From Anthoceros angustus (taxonomy: Eukaryota; Plantae; Anthocerotophyta): a stretch of DNA of 64,000 nucleotides. Under the pieces are notes generated by a model, which saw nothing but the letters and a program-made list of their open reading frames with translations, did no database searches and was not told the DNA's origin. The translations under genes and the position numbers were made by a program. Below, piece after piece: positions 1 through 11,571 of the stretch. Position 1 is the first letter of the stretch. Each line of letters begins with the position of its first letter. The stretch spans positions 124,001 to 188,000 of the forward strand of contig MU008174.1 in NCBI GenBank assembly GCA_010909165.1, in the 5' to 3' direction.

Positions 1-845
1 TTTGTTCATGCCTTCGATTCGTAGCTCCTGCTCTTCACAACCAACAATGGGTTGCGATGCCATTAGCCGTGAAGATTGCTTGTCGTGCCGAGAAGGACCC
101 AGACACGGCGCCGCAACGTTGCCTTTGCGCGGGATGCATTGTCGAGGCTACAAAGGCGAGGATGGTGCATTGGACCCAACGCTGGTTGTAAAGAATGTGA
201 ACTTGGCTACCGCAATGATTTTAGGGCCGGCCCCAACACCGAAAGGCAAGTGGACGACGGTGAAGAAATCTAGGACGCAAGCACACGGTGAGGCAGCAGA
301 CCCAGAGCCGTGCAGTCTTCAACATACTCGGCATGGGAAGGATGGACGGGGTCGGGCAAAGCGTGGCAAGGTGCAACAAAAGGACGGTCAACAATACGGA
401 ACTTGAGACTGTGGCATGGATGGGCTTGGGAGGGCAGCTCGAGGTGGGACAGACGGTCCAAGCGCATCAAGGGTGAGCTGGCATGGTGTCGGCACCACAA
501 ACCCGCTCAAAAATCGAGGCAGGCAGAGAGGGTTTTGATGATGAGGTGAAGGGCAACAAGCGGAGCGGTAGAAAACGAAAGAGGATTTGGGACTTACGAG
601 AGGTTTTGATGATGAAACAAGATGTAAGGTGGTGGGCGACATCTCATAGCAACCCAAGATGGCTTTGGGGCGTCGATGCGTGGGCATTAGAAGACGCCCA
701 TTCGCTTGATAATATGGACCATCCCTTTGGGATGTCAAAATGATAAGGCACACATGCCGGATGGGTCTATGCCATGCGTGGACCGGAATCTCCAAAGGCG
801 ATTGATGAACACATTGCAAGTCCGAGTTTTGCAGCCTACTGCATA

Positions 846-1987
846 AAAAGCACACTCACCACGAAGGGAACAAGGAGGCGGGTTGGGAAGAGGTCGAAGA
901 CAGAGATCCGCCCGCTTTGCGATGATCGATTGGAGGTTACAAATGTGTCCGCATGCTAGCAAGGGCGGGACATGCACTCCCTCGAAAAGCACTAGCCGAG
1001 GGAAGTCTCAGTGATAATTCGGAGGAAATGCTTGTGCTCCCCTAAACCAAGGTGAGATTGCTAGCAGGATGTGCAGTCCTAGGTCGACGTTGTGGTCCCG
1101 AGCACCCCAAGGATCCGTTCATCCCACACTGTGCGAGAGGACGAGGATGCACCGTACAAGAGGGCAAGAGCATGTCCCACAATTTGGGCATCTCCCGTTG
1201 ATGCCCATGTTGGGGATGGTATTGAAATTCCAGCAGTGTTTTGATGATGAGTTGAAGGGCAACAAGCGGAGCGGTAGAAAGCGAAGAGGATTTGGGACTT
1301 ACAAAGATGAGGTTCTCCTTTCTCATTTGCATGAATCGTAGCGTGGGCGGTTTCTTATTTTTCCGAGTAGTCTTGTGGCAATTCGGTCTAAGCTACAACA
1401 GTTGTAGCTCGGACAAAAAGCACACTCACCACGAAGGGAACAAGGAGGCGGGTTGGGAAGAGGTCAAGATGTGAGATCCGCCGTCCGGTTTATGATCGAT
1501 TGGAGGTTCAAATGTGTCCGCATGCTAGCAAGGGCGGGACATGCACTCCCTCGGCAAAAGCACTAGGCGAGGGAAGTCTCGAGTGATAATTCGGAGGAAA
1601 TGCTTGTGCTCCCCTAAACCAAGGTGAGATTGCTAGCAGGGGAGTGCAGTCCTAGGATCGAGGGTTGTGGTCCCGAGCACCCCAAGGATCCTGCTCATCC
1701 CACACTGTGCGAGAGGACGAGGATGCACCGTACAAGAGGGCAAGAGCATGTCCCACAATTTGGGCATCTCCCGTTGATGCCCATGTTGGGGATATTGAAA
1801 TTCCAGCAGTGTTTTGATGATGAGGTGAAGGGCAACAAGCGGAGCGGTAGAAAGCGAAGAGGATTTGGGACTTACAAAGATGAGGTTCTCCTTTCTCATT
1901 TGCATGAATCGTAGCGTGGGCTTTCTTATTTTTCCAGAGTAGTCTTGTGGCAATTCAGGTCTAAGCTACAACAGTTGTAGCTCGGAC
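846..1987. repeat. Tandem direct duplication, ~570-bp unit x2 (846-1415, 1417-1987), with a partial earlier copy near 532-597
   Basis: Both units begin aaaagcacactcaccacgaagggaacaaggagg and end ctacaacagttgtagctcggaca. ORFs 1069..1341 and 1624..1914 give near-identical peptides. Confidence 0.9.
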
Positions 1988-2271
1988 ACGTAAATCAAGC
2001 CTTGGTAACAGTGTCCGTATTTCAGCCCGAAAGTCCTTAGGTTTAGATGTCCAGCCTTATTTTTCGTGGATTGCCCTATTCATATCCATCGATCATGCTT
2101 TTTCGGCTATGCGTTATATTCTCGAGACTCGCCATCTTGGTTTCCAATGAAGGATCGGGTGCACTTCGCCATTCGTCATTTGTGCAACCCACTGTTGGCT
2201 GATTTCTGGGAACATTCTGATGTTGATGTCCTTCTTGTGGAAAGCACAATTAGGCAGACCATATCTGGTCC

Positions 2272-2898
2272 ATGGACGTTTCACTGTGTTGTGGCTCAGA
2301 TAGTGGCTCGGGCTTGAGGCATTGGAAGAACAACTTGAGGAAGGAGGCTAGGCATTTCTTGAAGGGCAAGAAAGCTTGCGACAAGTACGTGCCTAAGAGC
2401 CTTAAACGAGAGTATTGGGATGTTCTATTGAAACAAGAGAAGGACAAGCTAGACGGTGTCATTGCTCCTAGCCAACAGAAGCTTGCTGCCTTACAGCGAG
2501 GAAAAAATGTGGACAGTAAGCCATATTCATGCTTTGGGTTTGGAGGGCAAAAGCAGTTCATGGATAGGTTCAAAGCCATGTTTGATACACAGGCCACCTT
2601 TGAAGAGATTAAGTATGTGGGTTCCAGGCATGGAAACTGGCTGACAAAGCTTAGAGCTTATTGGAAGGAAAGTGAAACTGCAGCTCCATCTTTGGGTCCT
2701 CAAAAAGACTGTGACGGGAAGCTGGATACAGCCGTCAATGTCTGGAACCTCCTGCATGAGGCAGGATACGACAGTGGGGAATGTGATGAAAAGGTGATGG
2801 AAGCAATCTTGCATAAGAAGGTCCGTGATGAAGGGTTCATGGTGGAGCACCTTCTTCCCCGAACCGTTGCAAGGAAGGCTAAGGAAGCAACTTCTTAG
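2272..2898 (+). CDS. Hypothetical 208-aa ORF, probably cargo or accessory ORF of the CACTA-like element
   Basis: Open 208-aa frame with protein-like composition just inside the CACTA 3' subterminal region. No family recognised. Confidence 0.35.
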   Translation: MDVSLCCGSDSGSGLRHWKNNLRKEARHFLKGKKACDKYVPKSLKREYWDVLLKQEKDKLDGVIAPSQQKLAALQRGKNVDSKPYSCFGFGGQKQFMDRFKAMFDTQATFEEIKYVGSRHGNWLTKLRAYWKESETAAPSLGPQKDCDGKLDTAVNVWNLLHEAGYDSGECDEKVMEAILHKKVRDEGFMVEHLLPRTVARKAKEATS

Positions 2899-3224
2899 CT
2901 CAGGTTATTAGACTCCTACATCCAGTCAAACATTTTGTAGCCGAATGTACAGCAATTGTTTGTGCTGATATCGTGATGGGATGTCTTCCTGCAGATGGAC
3001 TCTGTCTTCAGGCCTGCTTAGGCTGCTGTGTGGTGGAGGCCAAGGACGTGAATTCGGTGAATTGTAGGATGTAGGCCATGTTGCAGGCTCTGTCTTCTCC
3101 CCAAACAATTCGGAAATGGTTTACCTTCTTGCAGTTAGATTTGTATGCGTGATTGTGGGCGAAGCTGGTCCTAGTGGGGGTTGTAGGTGACGTTTTGGGT
3201 GCTGTAGGTGGATGTTTATACAGT

Positions 3225-3936
3225 AGACCTCCGTAGATTTACATCGAACTGGTTTTAGTTCACACACAACACTTTTACAAAGGACCCTAATCCTAAACCC
3301 ATTACTTTACAACGAGGTTCCATTACAACAGGGGTCGTTGTAAAGGGATAGCACTTTTACTACGAACCCTTTACAACTGGGTTCCTTTACAACAGGGGTC
3401 GTTGTAAAGGTTTAACACATTTACAACGACCCCTTTACATCAAGGTTTAAAAGTCCGTTGTAAAGGGACCGCACCTTGACAACGGACATTTACAACAGGG
3501 TACGGCTCTTTACAGAGACCATTGAGTTTAATTAACCGTGGTTACTTAACACCAATCAATATGGGGTCATGTAACAACAGTTACTTAATCCTAGTTAGTA
3601 AACTATAGTCAAGTAACCTTGATTACTTAACTATAATATATTAACTATGGTTAGTGAAGTTGTAAAACGCGTTGTAAGTGCATCGTAGTATTGTCCGTAG
3701 TAAAGGCGTCCGCCATAAAGGTTAACCACTATACGGACCACCCAGTTAAGTCGTACAACGTATACCAGGATAATACCGTATATAATACAGGGTATAGCCA
3801 TCGTATAATTAGTATGAATATTTACTACGGATATTACTAAGGTGTGTTTACTACGAGGGTTTTACAACGGACGGCGTAAAGTCGTAGTAATTGCCGTTGT
3901 AATTTTCGTTGTAAAAAACCCCTTTTCCTAGTAGTG
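3225..3936. mobile_element. Right terminus of a CACTA (En/Spm) DNA transposon: subterminal repeats plus TIR
   Basis: Ends ...ccccttttcctagtagtg (reverse complement CACTACTAGGAAAAGGGG) at 3936. It is preceded by ~700 bp dense in ttacaac/gttgtaa motifs in both orientations, typical of CACTA subterminal arrays. The left end was not found in the window. Confidence 0.75.
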
Positions 3937-4195
3937 GATGCAGTGTTGCGGGATCGCGAATAATCTCCAAATACTCTGCTTCCCACTGTGCTCGCTGGTC
4001 ATCCTCCCACGATGCAGGTGCAGTTGGGTGTCCTTCGAAGGGCCACCCCTTGCCAGCAACCAGGTTTTTGAAATCTCCAGGTTGCATCCTGTGCGCGGGC
4101 AGGAACATGCCTTTTGCAACGCTTGGAAGAGACATATGTCATGGAAGCAATGCCCACAGGGCGCGAATACCATCTCGTTGCATGCATACCACCTG
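3937..4195 (-). pseudogene. RING-finger-like exon truncated by the CACTA insertion
   Basis: Peptide APCGHCFHDICLFQALQKACSCPRTGC (CxH-x2-H-x2-C...CP) follows a tttctgcag acceptor on the minus strand. The frame runs into the CACTA TIR. Confidence 0.5.
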
Positions 4196-4344
4196 CAGAA
4201 AGACCCACGTTAAAGTCAGAAGAGCTGCGCCTTCACCAACAAATCACAACTGTATTACGATCAGAACATCACAAGCTATCGCAACTACATATAATCCTTG
4301 CCGACACATCACCAAAGAGGATTGAAGACCACCAACTGTGGCCA

Positions 4345-4705
4345 GCACATCAGGTACGCGGCCACCATGTCACATACTCGGGCAGATCACCACCAAACCC
4401 GCCATCACATCAAGTAAGCGGCCACCATGGCACATACTCGGGCAGATCACCACCAACCCCACCACCACATCAAGCGGCCACCATGGCACATACTCACCAC
4501 CACCAACCCCGCCACCACATAAAGTAAGCGGCCACCATGGCACATACTCGGGCAATTCACCACCAACCGCGCCACCACATCAAGTAAGCGGCCACCATGG
4601 CACATACTCGGGCAGTTCACCATCAAACCCACCACCACATCAAGTAAGCGGCCACCATGTCACAAACTCGAGCAGTTCAGCACCAACCCCGCCACCACAT
4701 CTCTA
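4345..4705. repeat. ~60-bp minisatellite, ~6 copies
   Basis: Unit caccaaccccgccaccacatcaagtaagcggccaccatggcacatactcgggcagatcac is visibly repeated in register line after line. Confidence 0.9.
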
Positions 4706-5440
4706 TGATGCTCGACGCCACCACATCTCTATGATGCTCGACGCCACCACATCTCCACATGCCACCACATCTCCATGATGTCCAATCGACCACCAACCCC
4801 GGCCACCACAACAAATCCTGTCATTCCATCACAGTGCCTGCATACAAGCAACCTGCCTCACAATGCGTGCATACCACCAGGTCTACCACACATGCAGCAA
4901 CTTCTGTGGACAAGAAATAGAATGGCAAACTGGTGCACCATCTCCGCACAGAGCGCATGCATCTTCCACACACCACAATCAAACACATGGACTTCCACGC
5001 CAAAAAGCCAGTATCTGCATGCAGCATCAACTCAGATCATAGAGAGTAAGAGCAAGTGCTCAGGTTCCCTACCAGCCTTCACTACCACCCTTAGAAACAG
5101 GAGTTACTGGAGAACAACAAACATGCTGACCTGTTTGTAGGCAGCAATCATTGCACACTCATTGCAAAGAACCCCGACCTTCGTAAACATCCTCCGATAT
5201 TCCAAAGGAATAATAAACATTTGCAGAGCATTCGGCACAGAGAAATCAAGGACACAAAATCAAAAACTCCCCTCGAGACAAAGAACATTGAGAATTGCGT
5301 AATGACCGTGATGTCGGACTATGAAAACGCACTGGTGCGTCATAAAGACGTACATCACGGTGGTGTGGCTCGTGGGAGTGGCATGGAGCCATCGGCGTGG
5401 ACTTCTTCACTCTTAGCTGGTGAATTCACCGGATCGCTGT

Positions 5441-6097
5441 TCAAAATCCAAAACCAAAGAACATGTTCTTGCGACTTGCTCCTACAAGCCGTGTTTTCGC
5501 CAACTTCTTGTTCACAACATTACAATGGTCTGTCTTGGCCTTCACACTTTGGCGGACCAGTTCCATGGTGCATCGTTGTGTTTCTGAGTCCAACCCACCG
5601 CCATTGAGCACAAGGTCTGCTAGCTGGACCTTTGTCAAATCCAGATCCTTCAAGGCATCCTCCCCTGCCTTAGCAAGCTTTGACTCCTCATCCGCGCACG
5701 CCTCCAAGTCCTTCTTCACACGAAGCACAGCAGCCGAAATCACCTCCATTGGAGCCCATGGCTGGAGGCCACTTTTCTCACGGTCATATGTCTTACCTTT
5801 CAATGGACGTATGTGGTCCTTCTCCGTGAAGCTCGCCACAACTTTCGACGAGGACAATGGCTCCTTGTCAATCACAGCTGCTTTTCCTTTGTTGGCAGAG
5901 AGCAGCTCCAAACTTTGCTGCAACGACCGTCGTGTGGCCTCCCGTGGGCTCCTGCGAACAGGGGAGTTTCCCTCCAGACATGGAACGGCCAGCCCCCCTG
6001 CACCAAGCTTCATAGCTGGTGGAGCATCATCAGCTGCATCCGAGCCCTCATCTTCCTCACCTCCACCTTCCTCGTCCCCAGACATCGTCACTCCCAT
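5441..6097 (-). CDS. Hypothetical acidic/coiled-coil ORF (218 aa), possibly an upstream exon of the RING-containing gene
   Basis: Long open frame with an acidic N-terminus and a helical E/K/L-rich C-terminus, on the same strand as the RING exon. No family recognised. Confidence 0.3.
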   Translation of the reverse strand: MGVTMSGDEEGGGEEDEGSDAADDAPPAMKLGAGGLAVPCLEGNSPVRRSPREATRRSLQQSLELLSANKGKAAVIDKEPLSSSKVVASFTEKDHIRPLKGKTYDREKSGLQPWAPMEVISAAVLRVKKDLEACADEESKLAKAGEDALKDLDLTKVQLADLVLNGGGLDSETQRCTMELVRQSVKAKTDHCNVVNKKLAKTRLVGASRKNMFFGFGF

Positions 6098-7364
6098 CTT
6101 TACACTTCCGCTTTTTCTTCTTCATCTAAAGCTTGTCCCAATAAGCTTGCCAGTTCACCCTTTTACTGAGCAGTTTCTCCACCAACACACCAACAACAAG
6201 GTTTCGAGGAACCCTCATGCGTGCATACCACTGTGTCTACCACACACAAATGTACCACCAACCCCGCCACCCACACACCAAGTCATCGATGTTCCTCCAT
6301 TCTTCCACAGACAGTAAATTAGTAGTCCCTAGAAGGTAGCCATCATTTGATCCAGGAAGGCCTCCAAAGTACCTAGCCAAAACATCTGACCCACCCACAC
6401 GTTCCTTAAGCCCAATTGCCAGGTTCTCATCCCGCACATTCACACCAACAGCGGATAGAACCGCATCCCCCGAGGCGCAGCCTGCTCTGCTGAAGAGATG
6501 TCGACTTGCAAGGCTGCGGTCACTCTCTCAGCGCGAAGGGTGGCAGCGCTCTGTTGCCTCCTTACGTTCCTACTCTCCCTTGGGTGTGATGCTCTCCCCT
6601 GGCCACCATCCTCACCTGCAGATGCTGCCATAGCCGCACGCCGCCTCCCCGCAGCCACACTGTCTCCCTCCACCACCAAGTGGTTCACCCATGGTTTCCA
6701 CCCAGGTTCACACCGCCCACACACAAACAGCCACCAACCAAACTAGCACTTGAGCACCTAGAACTCCTCACCGGGCGCCACACTAGCACCATCCTAGCAA
6801 ACAAAAACCGTGTTAGAAACGACCTCCAAAAGCAAGCAGCCTCCAATCGATCGAAATCCAGCTCCTACGCCCTGCGGCCACCCACAAACGAATCTAAGCC
6901 GGCCACACTTCCAGCTTCCACGCCACGCGTGCAATCGATTCTGTGCACACACGATGGCCTGGCCTCCACGACGCCACGCCACGCTGCAATCGATTCTGTG
7001 CACACATGAAGAGTTCGCCCCCAAAACACTCGCTTTGCAAAACCAAAGACCTAATCAACACATATGGTCGCGTCCGCACGCGCGATGGCGCATTCAGCAG
7101 GTGGACAAGGGGTACTTAGTCACTGAAATTGTCATTTGTCCCACCGTTAATTCAGGTAATAATGGCAATGATATATGTTATGCATATTTTTATGGGAAAA
7201 AAAATTCAACAAAGTTCTCCTCCCAAAAAACGTATTGAATACTAAAATTGAGATCAATTTGACAATATTTTTGCATAAAACATATTCCACAGAACTCGAA
7301 CATACCAACTGGGGACGGTTTCTGCGTTTCCAGAAGTTGTGGTCACCATACTGTGCTTAGACCC

Positions 7365-8750
7365 TCAAGCAGTCCCTTGTTGCGGTAGGCTAGTTCTTCT
7401 CTTCCTAAGGTAGTGTGATGCTCCATCACAAGCACATTGAACAAGCATGCTTCTGGGTAGGACACTAGCATAATCAACTTTTCTTGGGACGTAAACATCT
7501 GCACATAGTAGCAAGTACTAGTGTGTTCTAATTTCCTCACCTTTGTGACAACCTTGTACACGTGAACAACTAGCTCTTTTCCGTGCTCTAAGACGTCAAC
7601 ACCTTGTCGAGGAGAGCAGGCGGCTAGCCCACACCTCCATCTCCAGTGGCAACCCAGTAAGCATCATAAGACTAGTCGGCCCATAATATGAGAAATTCAC
7701 TTTCCCGCAAATAAATTTGGAATCACAATCCTTGATCCCCGCCACTTCCGTTACTTGTAAAATCCACTTGCCTTCTCCTGGCACCAAGATGCTTGGAGTT
7801 TCCTTCATCTCAGTTGCCAAATAAACCCATGCCCATACCGGATCGTTGTTCGACAATTTGCCGAGGTCTGCAGACCATACTGGGTGTGGGTATCCCATCC
7901 TAGCTTCATGTGAGTCCTTAAGTGTGGCTTGATTCCCAGATTCCTCTTGAACCAACGAGGAGAGAACCCAACGGGGAAAAATCCCATTGAGAGAATGAAG
8001 AGGCATCAACAAACAGAAACGAGATGTCATAGAGTTCATCTTCACTATCCGAGTCTGATGCATCTTGCATAAATGAAAAGGAAATCTACAACATGGGATC
8101 CATAACGATGATTCGAGCAGATAGGATCGGATGATCAACGTGAAGACATAGCAGCAAGACAACAGGCAGTGCGGCGCATGCGTGCATACCTCAATAGCAA
8201 GAGAACTTAAAGTATTTGTTGAGAGGAAAAACAAATATTTATATACATAGTGTTTCGGTTATTAAACCGTCGTAACTAAATACGAAACTACTTAAACTGC
8301 TAATAAGGCGTACTGATAAACCATATAATAGATCTGATAATAAGTTGAATACCCTATTTCTATCATCCTACTGGCGTCGCCCAAGGAATTCACCAAAAAA
8401 AAAGTCCTTGGTTTTTGGTCCTTCAAATATAAGCGAGACTAAGAGATCCATGTGTATATATGTAGAATAGAGCACAATGTTTTAATAGTTTCTTTGTGTG
8501 AGCAGTCTAGAACCAAGTTATGCTTAAGAGCTAGTGACCATCTTTGTCTCCTTTAGATTGTCCTATAGATATATTTGCATCGATGTGATTAGTAATCGAG
8601 TCTGAGCTCGAGAGAGTTACCACTTTGTAAGTTAGCTGGCTAGCTTGATTAGATCAGGAGCAGTATCGATGCACGGCGTGGTAGTGGGTGTTGTGCTGCT
8701 TCTGCTCTTGTTCATTCTGCCGTGTCTCTATGTCCGGCTGCGATGGTACT
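7365..8750. repeat. ~1.39-kb segmental duplication, copy 1 (includes P450 promoter and first ~27 codons)
   Basis: Near-identical to 14317-15698, from tcaagcagtcccttgttgcggtaggc to gtccggctgcgatggtact. Confidence 0.92.
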
Positions 8751-10935
8751 GGACCCTTTTTGCCCGGAGCTCCCCCCAAATTCCTTGCACTAAGTGGTAC
8801 TTCTGGCTTCCGTTTGTTGGCGATGGATTAGCCTTCGTCCTTGATACCCAAAAGTTTTGGGACTCGCAGCGAGCTCGGTAACTGCCATTAAATTACGTTG
8901 ATTGCTGGCCTGCCATTTGCCATTTGCCCTTTGTTGTGTGGGGACCTGATTGTGCTGTCTTGTATGTTTTGCAGGTATGGGAGGACGTTTCTCACCAACC
9001 TGTTCGGCACGCCCACCATCATGACATCGGCTCCAGAGACTATTAAATTCGTGCTTAAAACGCACCCGCACCTCTTCTCTCCGAGCTATCCCAAGTCCAT
9101 GGACACCATTCTGAACGGGACCGCTCCCTGGGAGGGAGCATTCCATCTCCGCATGAGGAATGTGCTGCAAGCTCCGCTGCTGCCTCAGTCGCTGAAGGGC
9201 AAGGTGGAGGGCAGCTTTGATTCTTTGGCTCGATGGACTATTAATGCATGGACGGACTCTGTTGGGGTGGTCATCGTGCACCAGGAGACGAGCAAGGTTC
9301 GTACAAGTTGGGTGCTGATTTTTCTAGATTGACATGGTGGACATACGTGATTGCTGCAGACATATATGTGATTCAGAGCTGATTTAGGACACTGCGTCTG
9401 TGAAATCTGTGTCATGATCCTGCAGTACAGCCTCCATGTTGCGTTATCTGCCACCTGCAGTGTCCAGCCTAGCAAGATGACGATGCGGCTGCAGGAGTTG
9501 TACTCCGTCCTGACCCAGGCTCTCACAAGCCTGCCCATCAACCTTCCTGGCTTCCCATTCCACAAGGGTTTGAAGGTACGTACAGCCTATTTCCAGATCC
9601 CACGTTCTCCGGATCCTGTTGGGTTAACGTTCAATTTTTCGTCTCATGAGGCATTGAGCTTGCCAGGTCAGGGAGCTCACCCGTGCGCTGGTTTGATATG
9701 ATGTTGTGCAGGCAAAGGCAGAAATCGTGAACGAAATGCAAAAAATCATAGACAAGCGTAGAGCGATGAGGGGCCACCCTGACGTTGAGGTCCAGGTCCG
9801 GGAGGCTGACATCCTCGAGTCCTTTTTGGCACAGAACAGCCGTGAGAACGAACATCACTTTTCCGACCAGGAGATGCGGATCAGCATGTTCATCATCCTG
9901 CTCGCCGGGCATGAATCCACTTCAAGCCTAATTGCCTGGGCCGTGAAATTCCTGACCGATAACCCAGAAATTCTTCAGCAAGTCAAGGTGCTGATCATCA
10001 GCCAAACTATACTTCAAATGATTGTCCAAGTAACAGCAAACTTATGTGCAGCTGATGCAGTGCTTGATGATGTGAGGCCTTCTCGATTGCAGGATGAGCA
10101 GGATGGAATCAGAGCTAGCAAGGGCTCGCCGCAGGAACCTCTTTCATGGGCAGACACAAAGCGGATGCCAATCACGTATCGTGTATGTAACTCTCCTCTA
10201 GTGACATCACATTGATCCAGCATGTATTGCACATCCAAGATTCTGCTTTCTGACTCCCTTTTGCCTGCTTAATTCATGATTGCAGGTGCTTCTGGAGAGC
10301 CTCCGTCTTGGCAATCCAGTTCCCCTATCTCCCAGGGTCGCTCTCCACGACATTGAGTACAAGGGTAAGCAATGCTGCACCTGCCATCCATGCTATCACA
10401 GCTTGTCAACTTTCGTGCGTCTTCCACTCTTGCTCATCTAATTCAACTCTAAGCAAATTTGCGATGTGCAGGACAAGTTTTTCCCAAAGACTGGAAGATA
10501 TTTTGCAACTACAGAAACGTGCACATGGATCCCGAGTTGTACCCCAACCCCACCAAGTTCGACCCGGATCGGTTTCTCCATAACCCCAGGCAGAACACCT
10601 TCATCCCGTTCGGGGGAGGCTCTCGCTACTGTCTGGGAAACGAGTTAGCAAAGCTGGAAGCCCTCATCTTCGTCCACTACATGGTGACCACTTACAGGTG
10701 AACAAACTCCTTCCCAAGATTTCATCAAACTCCACAAAGAAAATTGTGTCCATTCCTCCACGGTTGTCTCAATTGTGTGTATGCACTCATGATCAGATGG
10801 CAGCGTATTGGGCCCGACCGGGGTGTGCAGAATTGGCCAGCGCCTCGTCCCAAAGCAGGGTTTCCTATACTGGTGCATCGTCTTGCTGGGAGCTCCTGTG
10901 AGCCGCCAGCCCACACGCAGTCGGCAACGCTGTGA
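8669..10935 (+). CDS. Cytochrome P450, CYP85 clan, CYP707A (ABA 8'-hydroxylase)-like. Exons 8669-8877, 8975-9296, 9426-9575, 9712-9987, 10093-10182, 10286-10364, 10472-10697, 10797-10935
   Basis: N-terminal TM anchor, LPFVGD, YGRTFLTNLFGTPT, I-helix AGHEST, ExxR (ESLR), FDPDRF, heme motif FGGGSRYCLG followed by NELAKLE. All seven introns are GT-AG and phase-compatible. The subfamily call is by recalled similarity only. Confidence 0.9.
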
Positions 10936-11159
10936 TCTATCCGTAGGCGGGCTGGTGGTAAAGCGTTCCAACCTTCACCCCAACAAGTAGCAGAAGGGCT
11001 GTCTCTGTTCTAGAGGACATCGAGCATAGAAGAAGGACCAAAATTTTTTTGTCATAATAGGACTTGCCAAAGGCATCCATTCATCTACAATTCCCAAGTT
11101 ATCCACTCCCTGTAGGCAGCCTTGCACCATGGTGTGCCCAGGGCATCCATCCACTTTGC

Positions 11160-11560
11160 ACACACATTTAGAGCTGTCCAATTACAGAAACAAAGTGTTC
11201 ATACATTTAGAGTTGTCCAATTTTAATAACAAAGTTTTCACACATTTAAAGCTGTCCAATTTCAGTAGTGAAATGTGAATTCTTATGATCCCGATAGGAT
11301 GGTGTCAAGTAGGAGTCGGATATGGCCGAATGCATTCTAAAGAGATTCCGGCCAGAGAAGGGTATCCACGCATCTACAAGACCCATGACATCTACTGTCT
11401 CGAGGCAGCCTTGTACCATGGTGCGCCAAGGGCATCCATCCACTTTGGACACACACTTAGAGCTGTCCAGTTTCAGTAACAAAGTTTTATACATTTAGAG
11501 TTGTCCAGTTTCAGTAACAAAGTGTCCACACATTTAGAGCTGTCTTGTTTCAGTAGTGAA
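11160..11560. repeat. Degenerate ~34-bp tandem repeats plus a short local duplication
   Basis: Recurrent cacatttagagctgtcca...acaaagt units. The block gcagccttg(c/t)accatggtg...gggcatccatccacttt occurs at ~11116 and ~11405. Confidence 0.7.
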
Positions 11561-11571
11561 CTGTGAAATTC

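Noticed and set aside
3285-3300. ccctaa-like telomeric motifs (also ~20650, ~23463)
   Set aside because: Isolated single units, not arrays.
4345-4705. Regularly spaced repeats as a CRISPR array
   Set aside because: The units are contiguous with no unique spacers, the context is eukaryotic, and there are no cas genes.
5463-6317. 284-aa plus-strand ORF
   Set aside because: Ser-rich antisense shadow of the minus-strand 5441..6097 frame.
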